IMG/VR virus record: IMGVR_UViG_3300006919_000001
Location: 19,396 to 83,395 of that record
Source of the DNA: a virus
Strand: one strand, 5' to 3'
DNA: 64,000 nt
Shown: positions 18,915 through 28,977 of the stretch, piece by piece
How the letters are laid out: every line of letters begins with the position of its first letter
Position numbering within the stretch: the stretch's first letter is position 1
Translations under genes and position numbers: made by a program
The notes under the pieces: model-generated
The model's database searches: none
What the model was told of the DNA's origin: nothing
Seen by the model: the letters and a program-made list of their open reading frames with translations, nothing else

Positions 18915-20825
18915 TTAGATTGTAATTTCCTTTATTGAAATTCCTATATCGCAATTAAAAACTACTGTTCCATCAAATGACATGAAAGGGCTTACAGCAC
19001 CCATTGTGAAAGCAAACTTCCAAATACCATCCGTTAAAGTATAATTAGAATATTGATAAGTTGAACCGTTATATATGTCAATCCTAGTGTCACCAGTTAA
19101 ATTAGAAATATCCAAAGTCATTTCATAAGGTACACCAGTCACACAATTCGAAAACGACAATGACGGTCTAATTGTACTACCACTAGTTCCATCGCTAGTG
19201 CAATTATAATTCAATGGAGACGTTAGAGTTGCTATTGCCCCTGCATCATTTGATATTGCTATATTACTAGCTATTTCAGTTGTCTCCAATTGTGGACTTC
19301 CAACCATCACAATATTATCAATGCTAAATGCACCTCCAGTACTGCTATTTATTGCAGCTACAAGGAAGCTGGCAGCAGAACCTGTGTTATAATTTACACC
19401 AGCATAAATATGAGAACCATTTTGAAATTTACGATAACTCACAAGATTAGGATTACCACTACCACTACCCCACATTGCAAAATAAGCATCCTCTGCAACC
19501 GCGACATTAGATATATCAAACGAAATGACATAGGTATCGTATTGTTCGATATAATCAGTAATAGATAAAATTTGACTTAATTTTTTAGAAGTTATCACCC
19601 CGTCATAAGTAGCCACTCCTGAACCTATAGACCAACTGTCTTGCACTGTCCAATCACTAGCAGTGTCAAATGTTCCATTTATGATTTGGTTATTTGAACC
19701 TCCATCAGTAATTGTCCAACCGTAAGTATTAATTAATGTATTTCTAGCTGCTTCCGCCGCTCCTCCATAACTATATCTTGAATTTCCGAAACTAATTACT
19801 TGATTTAATTGCGGTACTTGACCCGCCCAAGATATTAATGTCGCATCGTAGTTTGCTGTTGAAAGTGTTGCATCAATAATAAAAGATGTACCAAAATCTG
19901 CTATTGTAGATATATCCCAATTCGCTAAACTTCTATCAAAGTTATAACATTGGTAAAACATAGACCTTACGGTTGTAACCCCATTCATATCGAAATTTGA
20001 AACATCAACATTATTTAAAACCCTTGCTTGATAAAACAAAAGGGACATATCCGTAGCACTTGTAGTGACCCAATTGCTTACATCTAAATTTACTATAGAA
20101 TTAGTATTACTTCTAAACATTTGAGTAAATAACGTAACGTTACTCACGTCCCAATTACTAACATCTATAGTTGTTAAATTAGTATTATAAAACATTGCAG
20201 ACATATTTGTAGCGTTACTCACGTCCCAATTACTAACATCTAAAGTGGTCAAACTAGTTGAATCTCGAAACATTATGTCTAATCTGTCAGCACTAGACAT
20301 GTCCCAATTAACTACATTTAAAGATATTAAATTTGTACAACTTCTAAAAGTATCAGTCCAACGTGTAACGTCAATTAAATTAGGTATATCCGTAGCCGTT
20401 ACTGTTGTTAATTGGTTACAACCTCTAAAAGACCTATACATAGTTTTCCATGCAATTTCCCCCCATTGTTTAATATCTATTAATTTAGATTTATCACCAC
20501 CATCATTAAAAAATATACTTGGAAAATTACCACTAATTGAAACATCGTAAGTTCCAGCACTTGGAAAAGTAATTGTTAAGTTACCTATATTTCCTAAGAT
20601 TGTTTGTCCATCGGAAGTACTTACATCGTATAAGTACGTTTCAGTCCCAGTGGGTATAGTGAATTGAGTGTCTAAACTAGTTCCAACATTATCCGTTTTA
20701 ACTTGAATTATAAATGGAGCCAATGGTGGAATGTTATCATAAACTAAAGTACTTCCTAAGTATAGCTTAGATATTTCTGAGCTACCTATATACATTTTAG
20801 ATATATCTATATTTCCTATTTTCAT
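18915..20825 (-). CDS. BspA/DUF285 repeat-containing fibre or adhesin
   Basis: 25-aa LDVSNWDVSN.T.MS.MF repeats, QWG.I.W..M...F.GC, C-terminal CBM-like domains. Confidence 0.8.
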   Translation of the reverse strand: MKIGNIDISKMYIGSSEISKLYLGSTLVYDNIPPLAPFIIQVKTDNVGTSLDTQFTIPTGTETYLYDVSTSDGQTILGNIGNLTITFPSAGTYDVSISGNFPSIFFNDGGDKSKLIDIKQWGEIAWKTMYRSFRGCNQLTTVTATDIPNLIDVTRWTDTFRSCTNLISLNVVNWDMSSADRLDIMFRDSTSLTTLDVSNWDVSNATNMSAMFYNTNLTTIDVSNWDVSNVTLFTQMFRSNTNSIVNLDVSNWVTTSATDMSLLFYQARVLNNVDVSNFDMNGVTTVRSMFYQCYNFDRSLANWDISTIADFGTSFIIDATLSTANYDATLISWAGQVPQLNQVISFGNSRYSYGGAAEAARNTLINTYGWTITDGGSNNQIINGTFDTASDWTVQDSWSIGSGVATYDGVITSKKLSQILSITDYIEQYDTYVISFDISNVAVAEDAYFAMWGSGSGNPNLVSYRKFQNGSHIYAGVNYNTGSAASFLVAAINSSTGGAFSIDNIVMVGSPQLETTEIASNIAISNDAGAIATLTSPLNYNCTSDGTSGSTIRPSLSFSNCVTGVPYEMTLDISNLTGDTRIDIYNGSTYQYSNYTLTDGIWKFAFTMGAVSPFMSFDGTVVFNCDIGISIKEITI

Positions 20826-20842
20826 TCTATGATTTTTTTACA

Positions 20843-21142
20843 TTATACTGGAATTACATACCAAGTTGTAGCCACTGGAGTTCCAAGGTCATAATTGGCC
20901 TGAGAAATCGTTACTACATTTGGTATCGTTGAACTACCAGCTGGCTCTCCTATTACTGTACTATTAAATACAGTTTCCCAGCTTATTCCATTCCATTTTT
21001 CTTGTCTCTCTTCTGTGAGATTATATACCGACACTCTATCATTAGCTCCAAAAGAAAAGGCATCTATTTCAGCCTGAGTTTTTGGTGTTAATGAGAGTAA
21101 GGGGGCTTTTAAACCCCCATTTTTTAACTCTTCTTGTATCAT
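20843..21142 (-). CDS. Small tail-fibre-associated protein
   Basis: C-terminal TISQANYD..TPVATTWYVI motif. Confidence 0.55.
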   Translation of the reverse strand: MIQEELKNGGLKAPLLSLTPKTQAEIDAFSFGANDRVSVYNLTEERQEKWNGISWETVFNSTVIGEPAGSSTIPNVVTISQANYDLGTPVATTWYVIPV

Positions 21143-21143
21143 C

Positions 21144-23654
21144 TTAATTTGTTTTTGTTAACGTTACATTGTCCATATAGAATGCCGTAGCTCCCGCTGA
21201 ATTATTAGCTCTAAGTACTATTGAACTTATCGCTACTCCAGAGAAAGTGAAATTAACCGTTTGACCTAATGCCGTTGGGTAATTTGTTGCAGCAACCACT
21301 TCTACTCCATTAACTAAAACAGCGAACCTATTTGTTCCACCATTTAAGATATCAAAGTCTAAATCATAGTTTCCTGTATCAACTATATCTTCACTAGTAG
21401 CAAATGTTACTAAAGCATTATCAAATCCATCGTTAAAGAATAACTCACCTGTAACTACTGACCACCCATTACCTAAAGTAAGATTTGATGCATCATCAAA
21501 AGTACTATTTAATATAATGTTAGTTGCAGCTACTGCTGTTACTGTTATTGCACTTGAATCCGTAAATGCGCCATCATTTGTTGTAAAAGTAATGTTAGCT
21601 ACTCCCGGAGAAACCGTAGTAACTAAGCCATCTATATCTACAGTTGCACTTGCACTATCACTACTCCAAGTCCCTGTTTGGTCCGTGGCATTTGCTGGTG
21701 CTATTGTTGCTGTTAATTGTTGAGGGTCTCCAGCTGGAACGCTAGCTGTTGCCGGTGTTACTGTCACTCCAGTTACTGGTATGTTAATTATCTCTGAATT
21801 AGTATTATTCCATTTCATCCAAATATCATCATCTGTACTCACAATACTAAAAACTTCATCAACAATACGAGGTGTAAATATTATTTGACTTACGCCAACA
21901 TCTGGAGTTATTGAAATTGGTATTCCATTAACACTTCTCATTTTCACTTCTACTATATCCGTATTTACTTTCGTTATTGCTGGCATTGTTACTATTATTT
22001 CACTAGCTACATTATTCGTAAATAAGAAAATCTTATTTGCCAAAATATCTGCTTCCAATAAAGTATAAGTAGCTGTTGCAACTATCACTGGAGTTCTATT
22101 TTCTCCTGTGGCTCCACTTAGATTCAAAGGAGGATTTAAAAATTCCCATGTATCAATCGAAACTTGACGAACTGTTATCAAATCATCTAGTTGATAAGTT
22201 TGATAAGAAGGCATTGTTACACCTGCTCCACCTGCTATTATTACATTGCCAACTCCACTTCTTTTATAAGTTAATAAAGTTCCAATTGGAAGATTTACCG
22301 TAGCATTGTTTACAATTGTAATTGTAACATCTGAACCTGCAATAGAATTATTTAATCCATCTGCGTCTGTCAATAGAGAATCTCTACTTGATGAGATAGT
22401 TGATGAAGTTAAAAGTAAGTCACTACCAATGTAGTATTTATCTCCATACTCTTTTGTAATTAAAAACTTATCATCAACTGCAGCTTCTAAAACTGTAAGT
22501 GCTGATGTTACATTTACAAGTCCACCAAAATCAGATTGCTCCGTTCCAGTATATCTTATAAATCTTTTATTTCCACCTACTGTAATTCCAGATAGTGCAT
22601 CTCCATTTGCTTCAATGTAAGATAAATTTCCAGTAATTGTAGCATTGACTGATACGTCAAAATCTAAAAATATCACCTGAGCTTGAGCAAGTGTCCCATT
22701 TTGAATATCAACTGTAGGGTGAATTCCTTGCATCGTAGCGACTGTTGCATTTGGATTATTCATTGATACATTTGGAGAGATTCCACGCATTATAGTTGAT
22801 ACACTTGATGCTGATGTTCCATCAATAAGCACTCTAACTACCTGTCCATTTAAGAATCCTATATCTCCACTTCCACTATGCCTAGATGTTATATCTGAAG
22901 CATATTGAAAAACTGCATCTCCTGTCCCTTGATTTCTTATATCAATTACGTGACCAGTTGAACCATTTTCGGCCGTCGCTGATGTATTATTTAATTTTAA
23001 GTATTCTCCATACCATGTACTCCCAGTTGCCCCAACTGCTGTCTTAAATAGGTTTTTGAAATCTCCTATAAAATATCCTGTTGAATCTACTGGTTCTGTT
23101 CTTTCTGTATATATTGCAGATGGTACTGATGGAAGATTTCCAGTAAAGTATTTTATACTTTGACCTAGTATTTCTATTCCATTAGTTTCATCTAAATTTA
23201 TAGTTGAAGTTCCAACTGAAAGGGCTACATTCGCATCATTAAGTCCACCACCTTTCCAAAGATAAAGAGAGGCTGCACCTGCTTGCACATTTACTTCTCC
23301 CTCAGCTTCATCAATGTAAAGAGAATTAATTCCACCCGCAGCACCTATTTCTATGAATAAGTCTGAACCAGGAGTTCCTGTTTCTCTATATCCCAAAAGG
23401 GCTCCTGCTGAACCTATTTTCAAATCTACATCAGCTATTCCTCCATCGAAATTATAAACTTCAACTGTTCCACCTGTATAATTTCCAGCGCCATCTTTAG
23501 TGCCACCAGTAATTATATAAATAGGCATACCTAGAGACCTTGAATTTGTATCCAAAGCAGATAATGCCAATACTGTGGAATCATAAGGTCCACTTCTTTT
23601 ATCGAGCAATTCTCTTGATGAAGAATTAAAGCCCGTAATTATATCTATTGCCAT
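21144..23654 (-). CDS. Tail fibre with Ig-like (Big_2) domain
   Basis: IPVTGVTVTP...QLTATIAPANATDQ..WSS...VTTVSPG.ANIT.TT.DG. Confidence 0.75.
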   Translation of the reverse strand: MAIDIITGFNSSSRELLDKRSGPYDSTVLALSALDTNSRSLGMPIYIITGGTKDGAGNYTGGTVEVYNFDGGIADVDLKIGSAGALLGYRETGTPGSDLFIEIGAAGGINSLYIDEAEGEVNVQAGAASLYLWKGGGLNDANVALSVGTSTINLDETNGIEILGQSIKYFTGNLPSVPSAIYTERTEPVDSTGYFIGDFKNLFKTAVGATGSTWYGEYLKLNNTSATAENGSTGHVIDIRNQGTGDAVFQYASDITSRHSGSGDIGFLNGQVVRVLIDGTSASSVSTIMRGISPNVSMNNPNATVATMQGIHPTVDIQNGTLAQAQVIFLDFDVSVNATITGNLSYIEANGDALSGITVGGNKRFIRYTGTEQSDFGGLVNVTSALTVLEAAVDDKFLITKEYGDKYYIGSDLLLTSSTISSSRDSLLTDADGLNNSIAGSDVTITIVNNATVNLPIGTLLTYKRSGVGNVIIAGGAGVTMPSYQTYQLDDLITVRQVSIDTWEFLNPPLNLSGATGENRTPVIVATATYTLLEADILANKIFLFTNNVASEIIVTMPAITKVNTDIVEVKMRSVNGIPISITPDVGVSQIIFTPRIVDEVFSIVSTDDDIWMKWNNTNSEIINIPVTGVTVTPATASVPAGDPQQLTATIAPANATDQTGTWSSDSASATVDIDGLVTTVSPGVANITFTTNDGAFTDSSAITVTAVAATNIILNSTFDDASNLTLGNGWSVVTGELFFNDGFDNALVTFATSEDIVDTGNYDLDFDILNGGTNRFAVLVNGVEVVAATNYPTALGQTVNFTFSGVAISSIVLRANNSAGATAFYMDNVTLTKTN

Positions 23655-23659
23655 ATCTT

Positions 23660-25285
23660 TTATTGATTAAATTCGTATGTTTGTCCAACTACAGAAGTTA
23701 CTGAAGTTGTTTGATATACATAATAAGGTTCTGTCCATTCAGTTGTTTGTCCTGAACTTATTACATTTACGCTATAAAGTGTAAATGAACCAGTAACATC
23801 AAATCCATTCCCATCTTTTATTTGACTTAATAAACCATAAGATTGTGGGTATGCAAATTGTATATATTCGTTTGTTCCATTTAGAGCTACTGACTTATTT
23901 CCACTAGTTACTAAATATTTAGTTTGTCCAGTATAAAGTGCAGTCCCTCCAGTCGATAAATCAACAGCACTCATTCCATAAAAATATGGAAATAAACCTT
24001 GCTTATTTAAAGTTACATTATTTGGTATAGTATCAGCCTTTGCTGATTCAATTGAAGCTACAACATCTGTACCACCTTTATTGTCAGTATAGGTTGTTAC
24101 ACCTGCTTGATTCGTTCCACTTAATACCCAAGAATTGGTTCCTTCTAGTAAAGAATAAATTGCAGTTATGTGAGAATCGGAATTTGCCACTACTGAATTA
24201 TTTGCATAGAAAGCTCCATCTGGATTCTCTAGACGGAAAGTTAATGCATCACCCGAAACAGGCCCAGCAGAAGTTCCATCTCCATTATTAATATTTCCAG
24301 TATCGAAGGACATTGCTGCCGTGAAAGAATACCCAGTCCCAACCTCTAGTGTAGCTGTAGAATATCCACTCATTATTAAATTTGAAATATCACTAATAAA
24401 TGCCAATACAGTTGGGAAGTTTTGTTCCTCAATGTATCTAGTAAATGTATATCCTTGTAAATCTCCTATTGTTGTCCCTGCAGGTATTGAACCTACAGCA
24501 TCTTCCATTGCTAGAGTATTACTTAATGAAGAGTCAAATGTTGATTCTCCACCACTACCAGCTACTATTCCATAGTCAATATTAATTAATAATCCTTCCT
24601 CTATTTTAGTTCCAACAAATTGTTCATATTGTCCATCTACAAATACCGGAGATTCATCTACCTGTCCCGCTACACCTGTACTTAGAAAATAACTTGCACC
24701 TTCAGTCCAAGTTCCTTTCGTATAAACTCCACCGAATTGATATGTGAATGAATCAACTCCAACTATCTCGTTTACTAATCCTAAGACTCCAGCATTTGCT
24801 TCCAAATCAGCCTGAGCTAGTATATATTCTGTTCCATTAAACTTTATGGCATCTCCTATTGTGAAGCCATGAGCTGTTTGGTTAATTTCTATTGTATAAG
24901 GTGTTTCAAGAACCTCCACTAATGGAAGGGCTTGAACTCCACCTGAGTTTGTAACATCATTATAAAATATAATGCTACCTGTATAAATTTTTCGAGCTAC
25001 TGCTCCTTCTGTATCCGGTGTCCACTCGACATCGAAATACCATTTTCCTTCAACGGCTTCAACTAGTGTTTCTCCATCATAGAAGTCACTTGTCTCAATC
25101 CCTGTCATTGTTAAGTATTGTCCATCTACAATTGTAAATGGTCTGTAAGTAGTATCGTTTGGGGATTTTTTCATCCAAGCTTCAAGTGTACCCACAAACG
25201 GCAAACCTAAATCAATAGATAATGGGTTCCCCCTCAATGCCTTTACTACTTTTATATTCCTAATATTATTTGCTTTAGATATCAT
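23660..25285 (-). CDS. Tail/baseplate structural protein
   Basis: Beta-rich; QTAHGF.IGD and FAYP.SYG.L..IKD.NGF patterns; position after the tail tube gene. Confidence 0.6.
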   Translation of the reverse strand: MISKANNIRNIKVVKALRGNPLSIDLGLPFVGTLEAWMKKSPNDTTYRPFTIVDGQYLTMTGIETSDFYDGETLVEAVEGKWYFDVEWTPDTEGAVARKIYTGSIIFYNDVTNSGGVQALPLVEVLETPYTIEINQTAHGFTIGDAIKFNGTEYILAQADLEANAGVLGLVNEIVGVDSFTYQFGGVYTKGTWTEGASYFLSTGVAGQVDESPVFVDGQYEQFVGTKIEEGLLINIDYGIVAGSGGESTFDSSLSNTLAMEDAVGSIPAGTTIGDLQGYTFTRYIEEQNFPTVLAFISDISNLIMSGYSTATLEVGTGYSFTAAMSFDTGNINNGDGTSAGPVSGDALTFRLENPDGAFYANNSVVANSDSHITAIYSLLEGTNSWVLSGTNQAGVTTYTDNKGGTDVVASIESAKADTIPNNVTLNKQGLFPYFYGMSAVDLSTGGTALYTGQTKYLVTSGNKSVALNGTNEYIQFAYPQSYGLLSQIKDGNGFDVTGSFTLYSVNVISSGQTTEWTEPYYVYQTTSVTSVVGQTYEFNQ

Positions 25286-25433
25286 TTAAGTATGTTTTTG
25301 TTAATTTTAAGAGCCTTTTATCTCTTTCTAGTATATTTATATAGAGGAGTCAATTATAGTCTCTTAAAACGCTTGTAATTGATTAGGTAAAAAAAAGCAT
25401 AGAATGAACTATGCTTCGTTTTTACTTAATTTA

Positions 25434-26003
25434 TTAAACTGCAGTGTTTATAGCCGTAGCTAATTCACCAAGGTTTCCTTCTCTAATTACAGCGATGTCC
25501 GGTGTGGCAATCGTTACTGTATAAAAATTAGAATTTTGTGCACCAACATAAGCTCTTTCAACTCCAGATAATTTCAACCCTTGGTCCATTCCGAATAATT
25601 CGTAAAGTCCTGTTGACCTATCTATTGCAATTGCAATAACTCTTGAACCAGCTAATTGTTCTAAGGTCTTACGAGCCTCAGCTGTCTTGCTGTATACTGT
25701 GAAAGCGATAGAGTGGATATACCATGAATCTCCATCTTCTTTTACTTCTGATGTTACATTTGGTACTACTGAATAATCAGTACCTTCAAACGGGTATTGA
25801 ACCGCGCCTGTTTTTAATTCGATGTTTGTTAATCCTCCAATATTATCACCTGCAATTTCTCTGTTTGCCACAAGGTTAGTTGCTGCAAAATCAAAGTCAT
25901 TATAATTTACTAATATTAAATCCTTATCTACTCCAACTGCTGCATTTATAGCATCACAGTCTCTAAGAATACCTGAGGTTAACAACTCATTACAATCTGC
26001 CAT
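25434..26003 (-). CDS. Major tail (tube) protein
   Basis: 189 aa, directly after the capsid gene; N-terminal C...L..G...DC and LFG...GL patterns. Confidence 0.7.
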   Translation of the reverse strand: MADCNELLTSGILRDCDAINAAVGVDKDLILVNYNDFDFAATNLVANREIAGDNIGGLTNIELKTGAVQYPFEGTDYSVVPNVTSEVKEDGDSWYIHSIAFTVYSKTAEARKTLEQLAGSRVIAIAIDRSTGLYELFGMDQGLKLSGVERAYVGAQNSNFYTVTIATPDIAVIREGNLGELATAINTAV

Positions 26004-26030
26004 AGCATTATATAATTTTAATTGTTAATA

Positions 26031-26058
26031 AAAGCCCCTTAACCGAATGAGGGGCTTT
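26031..26058. terminator. Terminator hairpin after the capsid gene
   Basis: AAAGCCCCT...AGGGGCTTT. Confidence 0.7.
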
Positions 26059-26084
26059 GTTGATATTTATTCAAAAACTTTAGA

Positions 26085-27074
26085 TTATACTAAAGCTTCC
26101 GGAGTATAGAAACATACTTCTTCTGGACGAACCACGAAGATATCCAAAGCAAGTGTTAAACACATACCCCATTGTCTTCCGAAGTTACCTAAACGTTCAA
26201 CTTCAACATTGTTGAAATCTCCTGACATAGATGTACCCAATTGGATAGCATCAGTCTGCCACGCACCTGTCATAGAGCAAAGTAACATTGTGTTATCAGG
26301 GAAAGATGTGTTTACGATAATATCATAACCAGCATATCTTAATACACCCTCATCAGTTATATCAACACCTTTGAAATTTAATTCAGTACGTTGAGCGTTT
26401 GTAAGGATATCCGCAGTTGTATGGTTAACCATAAATTTACGGCCCGGTCTTTTTCTTTGGTCAGCAGTTTGAGATGCTATCATTAACTCTAATTTAGAGA
26501 AGATATTAGCAGTTGTTAAAGCAGCGTAAGCATAATCACCAGCACCACCAGTAAAAGCTCTAAAGGCAATTGCAGTGTTGTTTGTGATTTGAGTTGGCGT
26601 TGCCTTAACTCCCGGTGTCATTTGTGTGTAACCAGTTGAAACTAGTTGGTCAACAAGACCTGAAGCAAAAGCTGAAGAACCATTAGTTAAAGAACCTTCA
26701 ACAGCTTCAGCTGCAGAACCTAAAAATAACTCTTCAAGAACTGATTGCACTTGAGATGGTAAACCTTCCCATTGGAATTCACCAGCTGGCTGGTAATCTT
26801 TCCAGTGAGAGTAATAATCTGCTGGGTCAAAAGTCTCAAAAGACTCAAGAACAGTTAAACTTCTTTTGAAGTCATTTTTTTGAGACGTGTTTGCAACGTT
26901 AGAAGCTGGGTCTACCGAACGAGCTCTAAGTACATTTTGTACGTCATGTTTGTATACGTTGTAGCCATCTTTGTCTCCTTCATTCATGAAAGCTAAAGAT
27001 TGTTCAACGAAAATATTTCCGGTTAAAGCTCTTGCTAAAATTCCGATTGGTGCACTTCCTACATTAAAAGCCAT
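26085..27074 (-). CDS. Major capsid protein (HK97-fold, inferred)
   Basis: 329 aa following the protease/scaffold gene; highly biased codons; RPEEVCFY C-terminus. Confidence 0.75.
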   Translation of the reverse strand: MAFNVGSAPIGILARALTGNIFVEQSLAFMNEGDKDGYNVYKHDVQNVLRARSVDPASNVANTSQKNDFKRSLTVLESFETFDPADYYSHWKDYQPAGEFQWEGLPSQVQSVLEELFLGSAAEAVEGSLTNGSSAFASGLVDQLVSTGYTQMTPGVKATPTQITNNTAIAFRAFTGGAGDYAYAALTTANIFSKLELMIASQTADQRKRPGRKFMVNHTTADILTNAQRTELNFKGVDITDEGVLRYAGYDIIVNTSFPDNTMLLCSMTGAWQTDAIQLGTSMSGDFNNVEVERLGNFGRQWGMCLTLALDIFVVRPEEVCFYTPEALV

Positions 27075-27147
27075 AATAATAATAATTTATTTAATTAATT
27101 GTTGAGATGTTTTTTTATATCTCTGATTTGTGTTTGTTTGCGAATTA

Positions 27148-28977
27148 TTATAATCCGGCTTTTTCTTTCATTTGAGAGAATAAACTCCCCTTGCTTTCTT
27201 TTATTTCAGCAACCGCTTTGGCTGCAGGATTAAAAGAAGATGCAGTATTTTTGTAAATTCCATCAATAGCCTGTGTAGCTAAATCCTCGAACTTACTTGC
27301 ATTGACAAGCTTTGCTTCGACCTCTTTTGCTTTAGCTTCTGCTTCGGTTGCCCTAGCTTCTGCCTCAACATTCTTAGCCTCTAACTTAGCCATCCTGTCA
27401 ACAAGCGCTTGATACTTATCCTCAACCTCAATAGCCTCTGGTTCAACCTCTGGACTCATAGCCTCTGGTTCAACATCGGGAGCTACCTCAGCTACAGTTT
27501 CAGTTGTTGTCTTAGTTTCTGCTACCTCTACAACTTTTGCAGGCATAGCATCTTTTGCCTTTACCGGCTCTTCAGTTGGAGCCACTATTGGCTCACCTGC
27601 TGGTGCTGGGCCTTCATTGAATTCTGCCATCGGAGCTTCCTTCTCTGGAGCCTCAATTATAGATTCTACGATTCCCGGCTCTTCGATTGCTGGCTCAATT
27701 ACTGTTTCTCCCTCTGGAGTTTCAGTTACTTCTTCGCTTTCTGGGGCCACTTCAACATCTCTATTGATGTCTTCGATGATACCGCCTTTAACGATAAGTT
27801 TAGCTCCATCAGATAATGTAATTTCACCTTCATCAATATTCACTCTGTCACCTACTTTGTAAGTAGAAGGGTCAGCTTGATATATTTCAATCTGTGAACC
27901 ATCGTTAGTATGATAAAGCTGATTTACTACATCTGACTTGTTTACAGCTGCAATTACTCTATTGAGCATGTTAAATGTCTTTGACATATTAATCTCAGTT
28001 TTAATATTAACGGCCATTTGAAATGACCTCTTTTTTATATCTATCACAGTATCTGCAAATCCATTTTTGACGGATTCATCTGGTGATAAATATGTTTCAT
28101 TGTCCATTAGGGACTTTATTTGTTCTTTGTCTAATCCAGTAAATACTTGATATAAATCATACATCATACCTTCTAAACTTCTCAGTTCATTAACGTATTT
28201 TTGTAAATCATTTGCATTCGCATATTCTATTTCTGGTACCATTGGATTGTGTACCATTACTTCTCCATGCTTACTGATAAATCTCATATCAGCTGATAGC
28301 ATAATTAGTGAAGCTATTGAATAAGCATTTGCAACTACTACTGTAACTATTTCCTTACCCTGTTGTGATAGCATGTCTAACCATACCATAATTTCTAATC
28401 CTTCGGAGACACTCCCTCCCGGACTTGCAATTTCAACAACTAAAGTATCAAAAGAACTTAAATCTCCAGCTTGGTCTTTTAGAGATTGTAAGGTTTTACC
28501 CTCAACAACTTCTCCAAACATTTGGATAGTTTTAATTCTAGCTTCTTCCGCCATATCTATATTTTTATTTATTGGATGAATTGTTTTCTCACCATCATTA
28601 AGCCAATTTCTAAAATTACCTAATGAGTATGTTTTTATATTTCCTAATCCTTTCCAACCATCTTCATAGTTATCATAATAAGCCTTAGTTGCACTCTCTA
28701 CATTCTCAAAGCCAAACATTACTTTATGCTCATCAAATATATTAGTTCCATCTTGTACTTGATTAATTACGAATACATTAAAATTTGATTCTGTATTTGG
28801 ACCTATAAATACATCCACTTCATCTCCATCTGAGCCCTTAGAGCCCTCAAAAAATCCGTATTGATGTTTCATCTCAGTACTCCATTCAGTACCATCAGAG
28901 CTAGTCCCTTTGCGTATAGAGCCAACTATGTTCTCAATGACTATAGAGAAACCTTTTATTTTCTTTATATTTTTCAT
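27148..28977 (-). CDS. Inorganic pyrophosphatase-like domain + ClpP-type prohead protease + acidic scaffold fusion
   Basis: WSTEMKHQYG...DGDEVDVFIGP...FDEHKVM; SPGGSV, AYSIAS, MVHNP, ETYL; E/P-rich coiled tail. Confidence 0.85.
   Translation of the reverse strand: MKNIKKIKGFSIVIENIVGSIRKGTSSDGTEWSTEMKHQYGFFEGSKGSDGDEVDVFIGPNTESNFNVFVINQVQDGTNIFDEHKVMFGFENVESATKAYYDNYEDGWKGLGNIKTYSLGNFRNWLNDGEKTIHPINKNIDMAEEARIKTIQMFGEVVEGKTLQSLKDQAGDLSSFDTLVVEIASPGGSVSEGLEIMVWLDMLSQQGKEIVTVVVANAYSIASLIMLSADMRFISKHGEVMVHNPMVPEIEYANANDLQKYVNELRSLEGMMYDLYQVFTGLDKEQIKSLMDNETYLSPDESVKNGFADTVIDIKKRSFQMAVNIKTEINMSKTFNMLNRVIAAVNKSDVVNQLYHTNDGSQIEIYQADPSTYKVGDRVNIDEGEITLSDGAKLIVKGGIIEDINRDVEVAPESEEVTETPEGETVIEPAIEEPGIVESIIEAPEKEAPMAEFNEGPAPAGEPIVAPTEEPVKAKDAMPAKVVEVAETKTTTETVAEVAPDVEPEAMSPEVEPEAIEVEDKYQALVDRMAKLEAKNVEAEARATEAEAKAKEVEAKLVNASKFEDLATQAIDGIYKNTASSFNPAAKAVAEIKESKGSLFSQMKEKAGL

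Noticed and set aside
20140-20245. Nucleotide repeats in the BspA gene as a DGR template/variable pair
   Set aside because: They are 75-bp coding repeats of the 25-aa unit; no adenine-specific mismatches and no reverse transcriptase in the window.
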